Of a stretch of 31,830 nucleotides of DNA, positions 29,966 through 31,830 are shown one piece after another. The notes below the pieces were generated by a model. That model was not told where the DNA came from, ran no database searches, and saw nothing but the letters and a program-made list of their open reading frames with translations. This DNA comes from Gemmatimonadota bacterium (GTDB lineage: Bacteria; Gemmatimonadota; Gemmatimonadetes; Palauibacterales; Palauibacteraceae): positions 1 to 31,830 of the forward strand of contig JBDHAC010000038.1 in NCBI GenBank assembly GCA_039588275.1. The letters run 5' to 3'. The first letter of the stretch is position 1; each line of letters opens with the position of its first letter. The translations under genes and the position numbers were made by a program.

Positions 29966-29990
29966 ATCCACGCGTGGAACGGAGGGTGAT

Positions 29991-30173
29991 ATGCAGCGCT
30001 TCCTGCGCACCCTGTGGAGCGACGAGTCCGGTCAGGACGCCACGGAGTACGTCCTTCTCGTCGTGCTGATCGCCCTGGCCATCACGGCCGGCATGACCGT
30101 CCTGGCCTCGGGGATCAACGGCGCGTTCAGCAACGCGAGCAGCACGCTGAACACCACGACTGGTGGTTCCTAA
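29991..30173 (+). CDS. flp: Flp family type IVb pilin (60 aa)
   Basis: GGAGG SD; leader ...SDESG|QDATEY with E+5 and Y+6, then a hydrophobic helix. Confidence 0.92.
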   Translation: MQRFLRTLWSDESGQDATEYVLLVVLIALAITAGMTVLASGINGAFSNASSTLNTTTGGS

Positions 30174-30232
30174 CCCAGGCTCGAACGCCGGGCCTCGGGC
30201 GGGAATGAACTGGACCGGATAGCCATAGAAGC

Positions 30233-30290
30233 AGAAAAAGAAAAGCTGCCAGCTGGCGGGAATCTTGGGGAAACACACCAGCTGACAGCT
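30233..30290 (-). terminator. Minus-strand intrinsic terminator candidate
   Basis: On the - strand: AGCTGTCAGCTGG, a 21-nt loop, CCAGCTGGCAGCT (13 bp, one G-U), then TTTCTTTTTCT. Confidence 0.6.
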
Positions 30291-30444
30291 ACCGCAACAC
30301 GACACCCACAGGGGGCATGCGTGTTTGGCAACCAATATCTACTGGCTTTGCCCCGCGAAGTTCCGATCTCGCCAGGGCGAAGTACCGGGGAGAATCGACG
30401 CGCCGCCGCTCCCGCTCACCGCGCACACCCCGGGCGCGGCCGGG

Positions 30445-30492
30445 AGCCCGGCGGATTTCCGTAGCCCGGCTTTCCGTAGCCCGGCTTTCCGT
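30445..30492. repeat. Short tandem repeat AGCCCGGC(gga)TTTCCGT x3, 15-bp unit
   Basis: Two exact copies (30463-30492) preceded by one copy carrying a 3-nt insertion. Confidence 0.85.
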
Positions 30493-30736
30493 TTCTGGCA
30501 CCGACCGGGGATAGCCTCTCCGCGAGGCCTATTTGTCGGCGCGGTGCCGATTCAAGTGAGCCACGGCGTGTGCAGCCGATGACACGCCCGACCCGCTGGA
30601 AACGCGTCGCTGGCTGTAGCGAGTTCTCGATACGGACGCGGCGGCCCGGCTCAGTGAAAAGGAGGCATTCACGTTACGGAGAGCCATGGGTGACACTTCT
30701 TTCATACTCCTCTCGCCACACACAGGAGGCGGAAAA

Positions 30737-31830
30737 ATGAGCAGAAGAGCATTATCGCTGGTAGCACTACCCGTTCTTGTCTTCGCCTGTAGCGAGAACC
30801 CGACCGGGACCAACCCCGCAACAGAGGCCCAGCCAACGGCCGCCCTCGACGCGAGTCCAGCCGCCCTCCCGCTCTCCTCCCCAAGTAGTGTGGACGGTTT
30901 CTATTGGCTGCCCCCAACCGTGAAGGACGGACCCCCGGCCTTCACCGGGACTTTCGACCCGGGCCTGTTGGCTGCCCTCGCGATCGAGATCTGTGATGCC
31001 ACGGGGGACCCTTATAGCCCGGCGGATTGCGCCCCCATTATCCGTACGCTGAGTGGCTCCTCCCCGCCGGAGATCATCCGGGTCAACCCCGATCCGGATA
31101 AGGAGGACTATTCGGTTACATGGCAAAGCACCAACGACGGTGACTTCGTTGCCGGCGGCACCTATCGCGCCTTCGTGACCGTAGCGCTTCCGAGCAGTAA
31201 CTCCCGCACGGTTGGAGTGCTCGACCTCCTCGCGGTGGAGAAGAAGCGCGACCTCAAAGGGCCTTCCAATCCCGACCGGATACCGGGGTTCGTTATAGGT
31301 CAACCGCTCCTGTTCAAGTTCCGCATCGAGACTGGTATCCCGGGCGAGCTGGTTGTCTCTCCGACGACGGCGGAGCTGTTTGACACCGACACCCCCGGAG
31401 AGCAACAGACGTTCACGGCAACTCTCACCGATCTGCACGGGGATCCGTTGGTCGGATACACGGTGAACTGGGTGTCGAGCTCTGCACTCGTCGCTCTCAC
31501 CGTCACAAGCGGCCCGACCGACGGTTTCGGCGAGAGCATGACGATCGCGTCTCCGACGGCTACGGTCGTCACCGATACGGATGTGGACATCACCGCCTCG
31601 CACGCCGATCTCTCGGCCACGGCGGTGCTGACCATCAAGCCGACACCCTGCACGCTGTCGAGTGTTCCAGACACGGATGCGGATCGTCTACCCGATTGCG
31701 TGGAGACGAATACGGGCGTCTTCGTCAGCACGTTGGATACGGGAACGGATCCCCTCCTTGTGGACACGGACGGTGACGCGATAGAGGATGGGGACGAGGT
31801 CCTCGGGACGCTGGCCGGGCTCGATCTACC
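30737..31830 (+). CDS. Surface lipoprotein with Ig-like domain and TSP3-like Ca-binding repeats; truncated by the window end
   Basis: AGGAGG SD; my translation reads MSRRALSLVALPVLVFA-C (lipobox), GFYWLPP, Ig-like LVVSPTTAEL...TFTATLTD...VNWVSS, then DTDADRLPD and DTDGDAIEDGDE. Open to the edge and absent from the track. An in-frame alternative ATG lies at 30686. Confidence 0.85.
   Translation, partial: MSRRALSLVALPVLVFACSENPTGTNPATEAQPTAALDASPAALPLSSPSSVDGFYWLPPTVKDGPPAFTGTFDPGLLAALAIEICDATGDPYSPADCAPIIRTLSGSSPPEIIRVNPDPDKEDYSVTWQSTNDGDFVAGGTYRAFVTVALPSSNSRTVGVLDLLAVEKKRDLKGPSNPDRIPGFVIGQPLLFKFRIETGIPGELVVSPTTAELFDTDTPGEQQTFTATLTDLHGDPLVGYTVNWVSSSALVALTVTSGPTDGFGESMTIASPTATVVTDTDVDITASHADLSATAVLTIKPTPCTLSSVPDTDADRLPDCVETNTGVFVSTLDTGTDPLLVDTDGDAIEDGDEVLGTLAGLDL

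Noticed and set aside
30767..31767. Minus-strand ORFs 30767-31603 and 31300-31767
   Set aside because: Shadows of the + strand lipoprotein, which has an SD, a lipobox and recognisable domains.

Overview
High-GC bacterial chromosomal window. The gene content suggests Gemmatimonadota, which is an inference from the barrel-less TonB-plug proteins and Ig/LVIVD lipoproteins. Positions 1-28865 are a dense patchwork of envelope, peptide-utilisation and transport genes: a frameshifted M20/ArgE deacylase, MFS, NRAMP-like and OPT transporters, two Zn metallopeptidases, two beta-propeller proteins, OsmC, a stand-alone HerA-like ATPase, a serine hydrolase-VanX fusion, an outer-membrane barrel and lepB. 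The last 3 kb, around a tRNA-Ser(TGA), are the most unusual part. They contain a 22-aa cationic amphipathic ORF with a strong Shine-Dalgarno (SD) that is absent from the ORF track, and a ~210-nt structured RNA ending in an intrinsic terminator with a competing antiterminator directly upstream of an orphan Flp pilin. They also contain a probable minus-strand sRNA, short repeats, and a surface lipoprotein running off the window. No transposase, integrase, CRISPR array or rRNA was seen. All RNA structures were folded by eye and no database searches were run.
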